A stretch of DNA of 63,768 nucleotides, counting the filler. It is 4 parts of 4 records of this genome, joined end to end, with 100 filler letters (N's around TTAATTAATTAA, not from the genome) between each part and the next. Parts side by side here need not be neighbours in the genome. Positions count along the whole stretch, not along the records: positions 29,610 to 44,700 come from SRR20825010_1307; positions 44,801 to 59,756 come from SRR20825010_1311; 2 more parts are not named here. The stretch is one strand, 5' to 3'. Both the position numbers and the translations under genes were made by a program. Of this stretch, positions 37,623-47,285 are shown piece by piece. How positions within the stretch are numbered: the first letter of the stretch is position 1; the number at the start of each line of letters is the position of its first letter. Below the pieces are notes generated by a model. That model was given only the letters and a program-made list of their open reading frames with translations. It was not told where the DNA came from and searched no databases.

Positions 37623-39044
37623 TCAGAATGCGAACTGGATGCGAGCAGCCAGCGCGTTGTAATCGACGTTCTGCACAGTGGCAGCACCGGCTGTGGCGCG
37701 ACGCTTCACGCTCACGTCCTGATATTCGAACATCGTGCGGACGTTCTTAATCGGGTACCAGTTGACGCCCAGTGTCAGGATGTCCTGCTCGCCACCGGCG
37801 ATACCACCGGCGCCAGCAGCCAGAGTGTCGTTGTAGTTCAGGTCGGTCGAGCTGTAACGCGCGGCCAGTTCCCATGCGCCCATGCCACCGGCACCGACCA
37901 TGCTTTTAGGCGAAACGCCCTTATAGGCGGCGCTGGACATGGAGTACTTGTAGGGCTCGCCTGTGACCACCCAAGAAGCCTGCAGATACCAGGAGTTGAA
38001 ATCCGGGTCAGGCAGGTTGCCTGTGCGGGCAATGTCATAGACGTAGTATTCGCCCTGGACCTTGAAGGGACCGTAGTTCATGGCAAGTTCCGGACCGAAG
38101 ACATAGGCGCTGTCAGCGGCAATGGCACCTGTGTCGATCAGGCGGTCGGCGTCAACGCGTAGTTCGGGACGGTCACGGAAACGAACCGAGCCGTTCGGAT
38201 CCATTGCATATGTGCCCGAAGCACCGAGGTGGATGTTCATGTCGGAGTTGGGAGCAATGCGATAAGCAACGCGACCGACAACGTTGGAGCCTTCGTTCGA
38301 TGTGTTGACCGAACCGACCGAGTTCATCGTGTAGAACAGCGAAGCGTAGAAGTTGTCGGTGTTGCCGACGGCACCGAAGGACATGCGGCCGTCGCCAGCG
38401 CCAAGCGATGTGGCAAGGTTGGCAGCGGACGAACGTTCCATGAATGTGATGTCGTTGGAAGAAGTCGAGTCGTCCAGCGTCATGAATGTCTGGATCGCAC
38501 CACCCATGATGGAGATGCCGTCAAAGCCGTTATACGAAAGATAAAGGTCTTTGATCTCGCCAGCTTTTTCGGTGCCGCTATCGCCCCACTGGTAGTTCAT
38601 CTTGTAACCCCAGTCGCGCATGAAGGTACCTTCGATACCCAGTTCTGCGCGGCGGAAGTTGGCGCCCGAGTTCATGCCGGGAGTGGCCATGCCGGGAAGT
38701 GCGGCCAGAGCGGTCTGGTCGGACGAGCCGATGTCATAGGACGCGATGTCCATATGGGCGCGACCACGGATCGACATTGTGAAGAGGCCATCGCCTGTGC
38801 GGAATGTGGGCTTGCCATCTTTGAAGTCGATCTGGACGGCGTCCTGCTTTTCGCGGATCGACTTGATGTCGTTGCCCGACTGGATCTGCAGGTCGTTAAG
38901 GCGCTGCGTCAGAGCCTCCATCTGGGCCTTCAGAGCATCGATTTCGCCCTGGCTGGCTGCGGCTGAACCGGCGAAGGCCGGACCGGCCAGTATGGCTGCT
39001 GCACCAAGAGCGGTGCCGGCAAGCAGAATATTTCTCAACGTCAT
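37623..39044 (-). CDS. OprO/OprP family phosphate-selective porin
   Basis: Signal peptide, coiled-coil N-terminus, FRRAELGIEG, TFMERS, RFRDRPE, WELAARYS, TLGVNWY, C-terminal QFAF. Confidence 0.92.
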   Translation of the reverse strand: MTLRNILLAGTALGAAAILAGPAFAGSAAASQGEIDALKAQMEALTQRLNDLQIQSGNDIKSIREKQDAVQIDFKDGKPTFRTGDGLFTMSIRGRAHMDIASYDIGSSDQTALAALPGMATPGMNSGANFRRAELGIEGTFMRDWGYKMNYQWGDSGTEKAGEIKDLYLSYNGFDGISIMGGAIQTFMTLDDSTSSNDITFMERSSAANLATSLGAGDGRMSFGAVGNTDNFYASLFYTMNSVGSVNTSNEGSNVVGRVAYRIAPNSDMNIHLGASGTYAMDPNGSVRFRDRPELRVDADRLIDTGAIAADSAYVFGPELAMNYGPFKVQGEYYVYDIARTGNLPDPDFNSWYLQASWVVTGEPYKYSMSSAAYKGVSPKSMVGAGGMGAWELAARYSSTDLNYNDTLAAGAGGIAGGEQDILTLGVNWYPIKNVRTMFEYQDVSVKRRATAGAATVQNVDYNALAARIQFAF

Positions 39045-39136
39045 GCGACGTCTCCATCTTTGTCTGTTGTTCCTGTGCAGGATTGCGAGCCGCGAGCCGT
39101 ACCCACGAGCGCCCCCTGGGGAGCGGAGTAACAGAG

Positions 39137-39180
39137 CAAAATGACGGTTCGACTGAAGTTTGATGACAGTGAGATGACGT
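39137..39180 (-). promoter_or_regulatory. Tandem Pho boxes upstream of the porin
   Basis: Minus strand 11-bp units ACGTCATctca CTGTCATcaaa CTTCAGTcgaa CCGTCATtttg. Confidence 0.75.
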
Positions 39181-39524
39181 CACTCTGATGTGGCCAAATT
39201 GCACCGCTTTGCATCCGAGCGGGCGTTGCAGGCCGGGCATTTCGGCTTTTTGCAATGCAGCATAAAAGCAAGCGTTTTGCTGGCCTTGCCGCAGAAATCT
39301 GCCGGATTCTTCGAGTCGACAGTCATCGATTTACCGCGCTAAATAATTGCGCGGATGCATAGTAAAGAGACGCTTTACGGCGGTCTAAATTTACATATAA
39401 AATTTATTCGATATATAAAACACGAGGGAAGAGGTCGGCTGCTGCTGATGTAGTGTCTGGCGCTGATCGCCAAAAGGGCGGAGCGCAGGTCAATAGACCG
39501 CGCGAATGAAACGGGGAGGACTTA

Positions 39525-41210
39525 ATGACGGACAGGACCGGAACACAAAAATTGCCGGCGCGTCGTAACGCGCGTGTCGGTGCATACGGTGTGTCTGCAC
39601 TTGCAGCTACTTTGGCTCTTGGCATTGGTGCAATCGCACCGGCAAATGCAGCGGAATGGAATTTCGGCGAGGCGACACTTAATGTCACCTCCACGGCTTC
39701 GGTGGGTCTGGGCATGCGCACCAGCAATCCCGATGGCGATTTGATCTCGGTACTCAACGGTGGACGCGACACGACAGTCGCCGCTGAAAATTTCGATGAC
39801 GGTAACCTCAATTTCCGTCGTGGCGATTTGTTCACGGCGTCCCTGCGCATGGTTCATCAGGCAGACCTTCGCTGGAATAATTTGGGCGCCTTTGTCAGCG
39901 TTGGCTATTTTTATGACGCCATCAACAATGATGCCGACAGCACACGCCGCACAGACCTGTCCTCGTCCACCCGCAGCCTCGCGGGACGCGGTCTTGATCT
40001 CTATGACGCCTATGTCTATGGCGATTTCGAGGTCGGCAACATGCCGCTCAACATGCGTCTGGGTAACCAGGTCATTAACTGGGGTGAATCGCTTTTCCGC
40101 GCCGGTGGCATCTCCCAGACAAATGCTGTGGATGTCAGCAAGCTTGTGACACCGGGTACCAATATCCGTGAAGGTTATCTGCCTTCGCCGATGATTTATG
40201 CCAATATCGGCATCCTGCCCAGCCTCAGCCTTGAGGCCTATTACCAGTTCAAATGGCGTCAGAGCGAGCTCGTACCTGTCGGCACCTTCTTCTCTAGCGA
40301 AGATCTGGTAGGCGATGGTGCGCAAGGTATGTTCTTTGCGGGGGATCCGGGCGGTGTCGGCGCTGCTGCTTTTGCAGCAGGCATTCCGCGGCTGCCAAGT
40401 GATGAGCCGCGTGATAGCGGTCAGTATGGTGTTGGCGCGCATTATTATGCCGACAGCATCGCTACTGAATTCAGCGCCTATTATCTGCGCTACCATTCCA
40501 AGACACCCTATGTGTCGGGCGCCGCAAATTGGTTCTTTGTGGCGTTTCCCACGGGTTACTATTCCTACTTCCCTGAGGACATTGACCTTTATGGCACCAG
40601 TGTCAGCTTCCCGCTCGGCCCTGTCGCCATCGGTGCGGAAGCTGTCTATCAGCCTGACTATCCTGTTATGCTCGCCGATGCCGTCACCGCAGCAATTGTG
40701 CAATCGACAATCACATCCTCAGCCTCGCGCGTGAACGGTGTGACATATGCAGATCGCATGAACTTCATCGCCAATGCTGCCGTTACTGTCGGACCCAGCA
40801 TGGCCTATTTCGGTCAAGTGCCCGGCTGGATTGGTGCGGACTCGATCGATATCATCGCCGAAACGGGCCTCGTCTCCTTTAAGGGGGATAAGCCTGCAGG
40901 CGTGACAGGCGACATGTCTGCCTGGGGTTTCACCACTTCGCTCAGCGCGACCTACACCAATGTGCTGCTCTCCGGCCTTACGGTCACTCCCAGTCTGTCT
41001 TTCTCTGACAATGTGAACGGCGTCGCCATCGATCGTGGCAGTGCCGGTACGCCGGTCGAAGGCAAGCGTTCGCTGACACTGGGCGTCTCGACCAATTACC
41101 AGAGCGCCCTCACAACCTCGCTTAGCTACACAAACAGCATGGGCGGCGGATTGATCACGCGAGACAGCGATCGTGACTACGTCACGCTCTCAGCTTCTTA
41201 CTCATTCTAA
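39525..41210 (+). CDS. DUF1302 family outer membrane protein
   Basis: Signal peptide, DDGNLNF, RLGNQVINWGES, LEAYYQF, C-terminal DRDYVTLSASYSF. Confidence 0.92.
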   Translation: MTDRTGTQKLPARRNARVGAYGVSALAATLALGIGAIAPANAAEWNFGEATLNVTSTASVGLGMRTSNPDGDLISVLNGGRDTTVAAENFDDGNLNFRRGDLFTASLRMVHQADLRWNNLGAFVSVGYFYDAINNDADSTRRTDLSSSTRSLAGRGLDLYDAYVYGDFEVGNMPLNMRLGNQVINWGESLFRAGGISQTNAVDVSKLVTPGTNIREGYLPSPMIYANIGILPSLSLEAYYQFKWRQSELVPVGTFFSSEDLVGDGAQGMFFAGDPGGVGAAAFAAGIPRLPSDEPRDSGQYGVGAHYYADSIATEFSAYYLRYHSKTPYVSGAANWFFVAFPTGYYSYFPEDIDLYGTSVSFPLGPVAIGAEAVYQPDYPVMLADAVTAAIVQSTITSSASRVNGVTYADRMNFIANAAVTVGPSMAYFGQVPGWIGADSIDIIAETGLVSFKGDKPAGVTGDMSAWGFTTSLSATYTNVLLSGLTVTPSLSFSDNVNGVAIDRGSAGTPVEGKRSLTLGVSTNYQSALTTSLSYTNSMGGGLITRDSDRDYVTLSASYSF

Positions 41211-41299
41211 TCATGTGAGCCAATCACACTGGCAAAACAAAAGTGGCATGTCGCGTCCCAGAGAGGACGCGACAAAGTCCACGGACCGGGAGGGGTCTC

Positions 41300-42652
41300 A
41301 TGTATAAAATCGAAAATCTGAAAGGCCGCAGGACGGCGTTAACGACAATGGCACTTACACTGTCTGTGCTGTTCGGTGGTCAGGCTGGAGCGGGCGAATT
41401 GCCTGCTAATCTCACACCAGTCGGTGCCGAGCGCGCTGGCAATGCGGCAGGTACCATCCCCGCATGGAGCGGTGGCGATATGGAGGTGCCCGCTGGCTGG
41501 AAAACGGGCGATCCCCGTAAGGGCAAATATGATGGCGAAGCCAAGCTCTTCTCCATCAATGCTTCGAATGTCGATCAGTATGCGGCCAATTTGACCGAAG
41601 GTCAGATTGCGATGATCAAGACTTATGACGGCTACCGGATGGACGTCTATCCCAGTCATCGTAGCTGTGGCTATCCCCAGTCAGTTTATGACCGCACGAA
41701 AGCAAATATTGACGAAGCCAAACTTGGTGCTGATGGCGGCATTCTTGCCGGCCATGGCGGCTTCCTATTTCCCATGCCTAAAAACGGTCTTGAAGCGCTG
41801 GCCAATCACCGTACGGCCTATCACGGTCAGGCCATGTACAAGATGGCTAACATGGCTGTTGTCCAATCCAACGGAAATTTTGTTCTCAATACCGGCGAGA
41901 TCTACAGCTATTCGTCTTTCTTCAATGCGAATGCCAGTGCCACAAACGACCCATATAAGAGCAAGTTCATCTATCGCCAGAAAGAACCCGTGGCTTCGAT
42001 CGGTGGCATGATCATGACATTGGAGCCCTATAACGGCGCCAATGAATCCTGGGTCTATATTCCGGGCCTTCGCCGAGTCAAAAAAGCGCCAACCGCGACC
42101 TATGACAACCCGGTGGCCGGACAGGACGGTCTGCGTACATTCGACCAGACCTATATGTATAACGGTCTGCCGGACCGTTATGACTGGACGTTGAAGGGCA
42201 AGAAGGAAATCTACGTTCCTTACAATTCCGAGAAAATGCGCGGCGCCGGTGTCACGGTTTCCGATATTGTCGGACCGAAATATTCCAACCGTGATCTGGC
42301 CCGCTATGAGTTGCATCGCGTCTGGGTGGTCGAAGGCATCGCCAAGCCTGAATATCGTGCCACGTTCAGCCGCCGCGTATTCTATATCGACGAAGACCAG
42401 TGGACGATCCTTCAGGCTGACCTCTATGACAGCAAGGGTGCCCTGTGGCGTACGCAAGAAAACCACACCTTCATGGCACCTGAAGTTCCCGCCTGCGTGT
42501 CTGCCGGTGACTTCTATTACGATCTCAACGCCGGACGCTATGTGGCCGACGAGATCGTCGTGGGCAGCGGCACGGTTGATTACGCTGCCACCAATATCGT
42601 CGATGAAGATCTCTTTTCACCCAACGGTATGCGCCGTATCGGTCGTCGCTAA
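41300..42652 (+). CDS. DUF1329 family periplasmic protein
   Basis: LTPVGAERAGN..GTIPAW, WVYIPGLRRV, RYELHRVWVVE, FYIDED. Confidence 0.92.
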   Translation: MYKIENLKGRRTALTTMALTLSVLFGGQAGAGELPANLTPVGAERAGNAAGTIPAWSGGDMEVPAGWKTGDPRKGKYDGEAKLFSINASNVDQYAANLTEGQIAMIKTYDGYRMDVYPSHRSCGYPQSVYDRTKANIDEAKLGADGGILAGHGGFLFPMPKNGLEALANHRTAYHGQAMYKMANMAVVQSNGNFVLNTGEIYSYSSFFNANASATNDPYKSKFIYRQKEPVASIGGMIMTLEPYNGANESWVYIPGLRRVKKAPTATYDNPVAGQDGLRTFDQTYMYNGLPDRYDWTLKGKKEIYVPYNSEKMRGAGVTVSDIVGPKYSNRDLARYELHRVWVVEGIAKPEYRATFSRRVFYIDEDQWTILQADLYDSKGALWRTQENHTFMAPEVPACVSAGDFYYDLNAGRYVADEIVVGSGTVDYAATNIVDEDLFSPNGMRRIGRR

Positions 42653-42677
42653 CCTTCTCTTACTCTCGGGTGTCTCT

Positions 42678-42712
42678 TGGGCCGCAGCGTAACCACGCTG
42701 CGGCCCATTTTT
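42678..42712 (+). terminator. Terminator after the DUF1329 gene
   Basis: TGGGCCGCAGCG..CGCTGCGGCCCA then TTTTT. Confidence 0.85.
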
Positions 42713-42980
42713 ATTAAGGCCATTTCCACAAGCCACAGCATTACCAAGTCCGCCGTGCGTAGATGGCATTGCATGCCAAATTTTAGGAGAAATGGTGCAC
42801 CAGCGAGGGCGAGGATGCGCACTGGCGACTTTCAGTCGCGGTGAAATGAATTTATAGGAACATTTATTGCCAGAAGCACCAAAGAAAGGTTTCGCCATAA
42901 TTCAATAGCCCGATAGGATTGTTCGAATACAGGCCTTGCTAAGGCGAAGGTTGGCGCACAAAGTCCGCTATGGAGCACTA

Positions 42981-44000
42981 ATGGTCGAAAAAGTTTGGGG
43001 CGTCCATATGGGTGCCATTGTCGGCACAGATCCCGTCGACGCTTCGTATGTTGGTATTGGTTGGGCTGACCTTGGAGATCTTTCAAAGATTCCTGCGGAC
43101 CGAGAATCTTTCAAGGAGGCAGTCGCGACAGAATATGTTGACGCCAAGCCTAGAAGCATTCCAGTTCAGGCGGGCGTCCTCTTTCGTTTCGTGCACGAGA
43201 TGAAAAAAGGGGACATCGTCATCTACCCTTCTAAAGTCGATAGAATCGTCAACATCGGTAGAGTAAGCGGGCCCTATCAGCATGCTCCCGAAACCTGCGC
43301 AACATATCCGAACATACGTCCTATCTCATGGCTAAAGCATTTGCCGCGTGAAGAATTTTCGCAAGCGGCGCTCCATGAAATCGGATCGTTTATCACGCTA
43401 TTTTCAGTTCGAAATTATGCCGATGAATTTTTGGCTGCCCTTGACGATAGGCCGCTCCAGGAGACCGAAGAGCAGGTTGAAGGGCGCCAGGATGATGAAA
43501 CCATCACCAAAGTCATTTCTGCTCAAGCCGAAGAAACAACCCATGATTTCGTTATCCGGCAATTGAAGTCTTGCATCGACCCCTACCAATTTGAGTCATT
43601 TGTCGCACACCTTCTTGAGTGCATGGGATATCACGCGCGAGTCACAACAAAATCTGGGGACGGAGGTGTCGATATTATAGCGCATAGAGACCAACTCGGA
43701 TTTGAACCGCCGATTATCAAGGTTCAATGCAAGCAGGTCACCTCTCCCATTGGTCGCCCCGAAGTAACGCAACTGCTCGGCAATGTTGAACAGAGCGAAC
43801 ACGGTTTGTTCGTTACACTCGGAACCTATACACGGGATGCGAAGGAGTATGATCGATCAAAGCCAAACTTGAGGCTAATTGATGGTGAGCAACTGGTCGA
43901 TTTAATATTTGAAAATTACACTAAGTTCGACCCTCGTTATCAGGCAATGCTTCCTCTGAAACGGATATACGTTCCCTCTTTGAGAATGATGGATTTGTAG
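42981..44000 (+). CDS. mrr: Mrr-family (COG4127-like) restriction endonuclease
   Basis: FESFVAHLL..MGY, GDGGVDIIA, IKVQCK catalytic D..QxK, RLIDGEQL; N-terminal IGW..GD..MKKGDIV domain. Confidence 0.88.
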   Translation: MVEKVWGVHMGAIVGTDPVDASYVGIGWADLGDLSKIPADRESFKEAVATEYVDAKPRSIPVQAGVLFRFVHEMKKGDIVIYPSKVDRIVNIGRVSGPYQHAPETCATYPNIRPISWLKHLPREEFSQAALHEIGSFITLFSVRNYADEFLAALDDRPLQETEEQVEGRQDDETITKVISAQAEETTHDFVIRQLKSCIDPYQFESFVAHLLECMGYHARVTTKSGDGGVDIIAHRDQLGFEPPIIKVQCKQVTSPIGRPEVTQLLGNVEQSEHGLFVTLGTYTRDAKEYDRSKPNLRLIDGEQLVDLIFENYTKFDPRYQAMLPLKRIYVPSLRMMDL

Positions 44001-44101
44001 TGCGATTTCTTTGTCGGAGCTAGCATTTCATCGTGAATTTTTGGGTGTTGACCGATCAGGATATCTGACGCGAGACCGGAACCGGCAGAGGAACAAATAT
44101 T

Positions 44102-44700
44102 ATGGCGCTAGAATCTCTACCTGAGTGGAGCAGAATGGCTCTCCAAGGGATCACTTTTTGGGTTGGACATAGAAGATGCCTATATAGCCACTACCCTTTA
44201 GGAGAATCAGCCTTTGTTGCAGAACTATGCAATTTGATTTTCGCGCATTTGCCTAAAAATAAAATTTTGAAGTGCGAAGTAATGTACCGAGATCTGGTAG
44301 GCACAAATGAACTCCCTACGATATTCGGGAGGCGCGCTAGAGCTGACATCGTGGTCTTTGACAAACCAACAAAGGAGGAAAAGGCTAGAGGAGAAGATCC
44401 TGTCCCAAGCTTTATTATAGAGGTAAAGAGGGGGGCGGCTCCAAAAAAGGAAATTGATTCTGATTTGGAACGACTAGCCGCGATCGCCAAGCTAATGCCG
44501 AACTGCAGAACAATGCTTTTTCTTGTTTGTGAAGCGGAGCGTCCTAAGCGATTTGTTAGCTCTGAAGGCACGAGCATACTTGGACCCAAACAAATAGCTA
44601 AAGATTCTGGAAGTTATCGTGTGCGCAGAACCTTCAAGGCTGCACATGCTTACAAGAACAAAGAAACGGCACAGTATGCTTCATTGATAGAAGTATACCC
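44102..44700 (+). CDS. Hypothetical protein, putative PD-(D/E)xK nuclease (3' end at contig edge)
   Basis: E-helix (GESAFVAEL), CEVMY, RADIVVF, FIIEVKR, SDLERL; lower GC. Confidence 0.6.
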
Positions 44701-44800
44701 NNNNNNNNNNNNNNNNNNNNNNNNNNNNNNNNNNNNNNNNNNNNTTAATTAATTAANNNNNNNNNNNNNNNNNNNNNNNNNNNNNNNNNNNNNNNNNNNN
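44701..44800. other. Artificial contig spacer
   Basis: N-run, TTAATTAATTAA, N-run. Confidence 0.99.
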
Positions 44801-45717
44801 CCGACCGCATGCTGGACATGGGCTTTATCCACGACATCCGCAAGATCCTCTCGAAACTGCCGCCCAAGCGGCAGAACCTGATGTTCTCTGCGACCTTTTC
44901 GCCGGAAATTCGTGCACTGGCCAAGGGGCTGGTCAACGACCCCGTGGAAGTGGATATCAGCCCGCGCAACACCACCACCGAACTGGTCACCCAGTGGATC
45001 GCACCGGTGGACAAGAAGCGCAAACCCGCCCTGCTGACCCACCTGATTCAGGAACACAGCTGGTTCCAAGTACTGGTATTCAGCCGCACCAAACACGGCG
45101 CCAACAAACTGGCCAAACAACTGGAGGCCAGCGGCATTGAAGCCGCCGCCATCCACGGCAACAAAAGCCAGAATGCACGCACCCGCGCCCTGGCCGATTT
45201 CAAGAGCGGCAAGGTCCGCGCCCTGGTGGCCACCGACATCGCCGCCCGCGGTCTGGATATCGAGCAGCTGCCCCAAGTCGTGAATGTGGACCTGCCCAAC
45301 GTACCCGAGGATTACGTGCACCGTATCGGCCGCACCGGCCGGGCCGGCGCCACCGGGCAGGCCATTTCCCTGGTCAGTGCCGACGAATTCCAGCAGCTCA
45401 AGGACATTGAGCGACTGACCCAGCAACAGCTGGAGCGCAAAATCGTGGCCGGTTTCGAGCCCGGTGAACCCCTTCCCGCCGCGCGCGCACCCTTGCCTCC
45501 CAAGAGCAAACGTCCCAAGAAGCCGAAACCCGCTTCCGCAGGCAGAAACCGGAACGGGCAATCTTCCGGTAGCGGCCAGCGCGCCCAGCAGGGCAGCAAG
45601 GGCAACCCGAACGGTAATGGGGGTAATAGTGGCAATGGCGCAAAACCTGCCGGGAACGGGCAGCGTCGTCGCCGGCCGCAACGCAACAGCCGTCAGGCGA
45701 ATGGCAATAAAGCCTGA
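44801..45717 (+). CDS. rhlE: DEAD-box RNA helicase RhlE-like (5' truncated)
   Basis: [38 protein letters not shown], basic disordered tail. Confidence 0.93.
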
Positions 45718-45742
45718 CTCTGAAAACAGCACCCGCACGCAT

Positions 45743-45776
45743 AAAAAAACGGGGCCAACTGGCCCCGTTTTTTTTA
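45743..45776. terminator. Bidirectional terminator
   Basis: AAAAAAACGGGGCCA-AC-TGGCCCCGTTTTTTTT between convergent genes. Confidence 0.9.
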
Positions 45777-45791
45777 TGCTGACGCCAACCC

Positions 45792-46466
45792 TTAACGCTG
45801 GCGTAGCAACCCCTGGTAGTGGGCCATATAACCTTGCAGCTCGGCGTCACTCAGGTCTTTCAGCACCTTGTTGTTCACCGCATGTACCGCTTTGCGGCTG
45901 CCATCCACCCCCACATTCAGGGCCTTCTGGGTCACAAAACCTACCTTCACTTCCTTGGTGTTGGCGACAAAGACTTCATCGATAATCTTGTCTGCCACAT
46001 CGCCCATGGCGCGGGTGACCAGTGCCACATCCTCGGTGCCTTTGCCGGCCGCACACAGCTCGGTGGCCTTGCGGAAGGTCTCGGCAAAGCCGTCATCCAC
46101 CGGGAATGAAATATGGGCCTGGTTGCCGTTGTCGTCACCCGCCTGCCAGTACATGGCTTTCACGTTCGCCAATACCGGTGCAAATTCCTTGCTGGTGATT
46201 TTCTTGAAGATCTGACGAGTCAGCATGCTGGACGCTTTACCCGCCGTAGAAACGGCAAAATCGATGACTTTTTTCTGGCCACCGGACAGCTCGGTCATGT
46301 TGGCCGGTTCCACCAGGAACAGGCTGAGAACACGGTCGGTCAGATGATCCGCCATCTGGATAAACTTCTCCGCGCTGTCCTTACGGTCGTTTTCAACAGC
46401 GTGGATGAAATCTTCCGTGCTGTTCACCAGCGCCGGGTTTGCGGGAATCGCCACCACATTTTGCAT
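45792..46466 (-). CDS. Hypothetical helical protein with internal tandem duplication
   Basis: AGGA RBS, host-like codon usage, two similar halves of about 105 aa. Confidence 0.75.
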   Translation of the reverse strand: MQNVVAIPANPALVNSTEDFIHAVENDRKDSAEKFIQMADHLTDRVLSLFLVEPANMTELSGGQKKVIDFAVSTAGKASSMLTRQIFKKITSKEFAPVLANVKAMYWQAGDDNGNQAHISFPVDDGFAETFRKATELCAAGKGTEDVALVTRAMGDVADKIIDEVFVANTKEVKVGFVTQKALNVGVDGSRKAVHAVNNKVLKDLSDAELQGYMAHYQGLLRQR

Positions 46467-46594
46467 TGTTATGTCCTTGCCTGTTCTGTGTGCCCAGGCC
46501 GCCCATCAGGCAGCCGATCAAGCTGGCCATAATAACGGGGCGATGGGCACAGGGGAAACGCCGATCAGGCCGGAATAACAAAGCTGATACGTCT

Positions 46595-47128
46595 TCAGGG
46601 CGAACTCGCACTTTGTGTAACCGTGCCGGTTTGCGACGGATGACGGATATCCACCTGCGGTGTAGTCAGCATGGTGCCATTCATGGCGCAATCCGGCCCC
46701 AGATTAACCTGCTCGAAACTGGCTGACGCGTCGGCATTACGCCATACCAATGACACCGGGCCCGGGCCGCAAACACCCCCAAGCACAGGCACCCGGACTT
46801 TTACCTGCATGTCATGCACAGTGAGCTTGCGAGGGCTATCCACCTGCCCTTGCCAGGGCAAGCCCAGCGCCTTGATGCTTTTACACAAGGGATTCAGCCC
46901 ACCGAAGGTCACAGCGGTAACCCGGAGCGCACCGTCACCGCCCACGCGGCCATCGAAGGTGGTATTACAGGACACGGGTATCCGACCTTTTTTCATGGCT
47001 AATTCACCGCTGGCGGAGAAGGGGCCAGCGGGTGTCACAGCCACGTCGGCATAAGCGGTGAAGGAAAGCGACAACAACACGATGGGCAAGAGCGCCGTGC
47101 TCCTGCGGGCAATGATAGTCCTTATCAT
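46595..47128 (-). CDS. PraA/PraB-like protein activator of alkane oxidation (secreted)
   Basis: Signal peptide, TPAGPFSASG, four spaced Cys, NPLC..LGLPW, CGP motif. Confidence 0.7.
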   Translation of the reverse strand: MIRTIIARRSTALLPIVLLSLSFTAYADVAVTPAGPFSASGELAMKKGRIPVSCNTTFDGRVGGDGALRVTAVTFGGLNPLCKSIKALGLPWQGQVDSPRKLTVHDMQVKVRVPVLGGVCGPGPVSLVWRNADASASFEQVNLGPDCAMNGTMLTTPQVDIRHPSQTGTVTQSASSP

Positions 47129-47285
47129 TGTTATTATTCCTGTTTCTGTTCTTATTTTGTCTGGTGTTTTTTTGATTATCTCCCCACACCCATACTGTCA
47201 CGCCAATTCAACGGCTGCCAACCACAGCACGGCGGATCTTCGCCGCGCTGCTACCGTTTATCGCTCTGCGGAAAATGAATAACAT

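Noticed and set aside
42790-42815. AAATGGTGCACCAGCGAGG as a possible reverse-complement tRNA 3' end / att site at the island border
   Set aside because: It lacks the TCGAA T-loop signature and no integrase is visible; too weak to call
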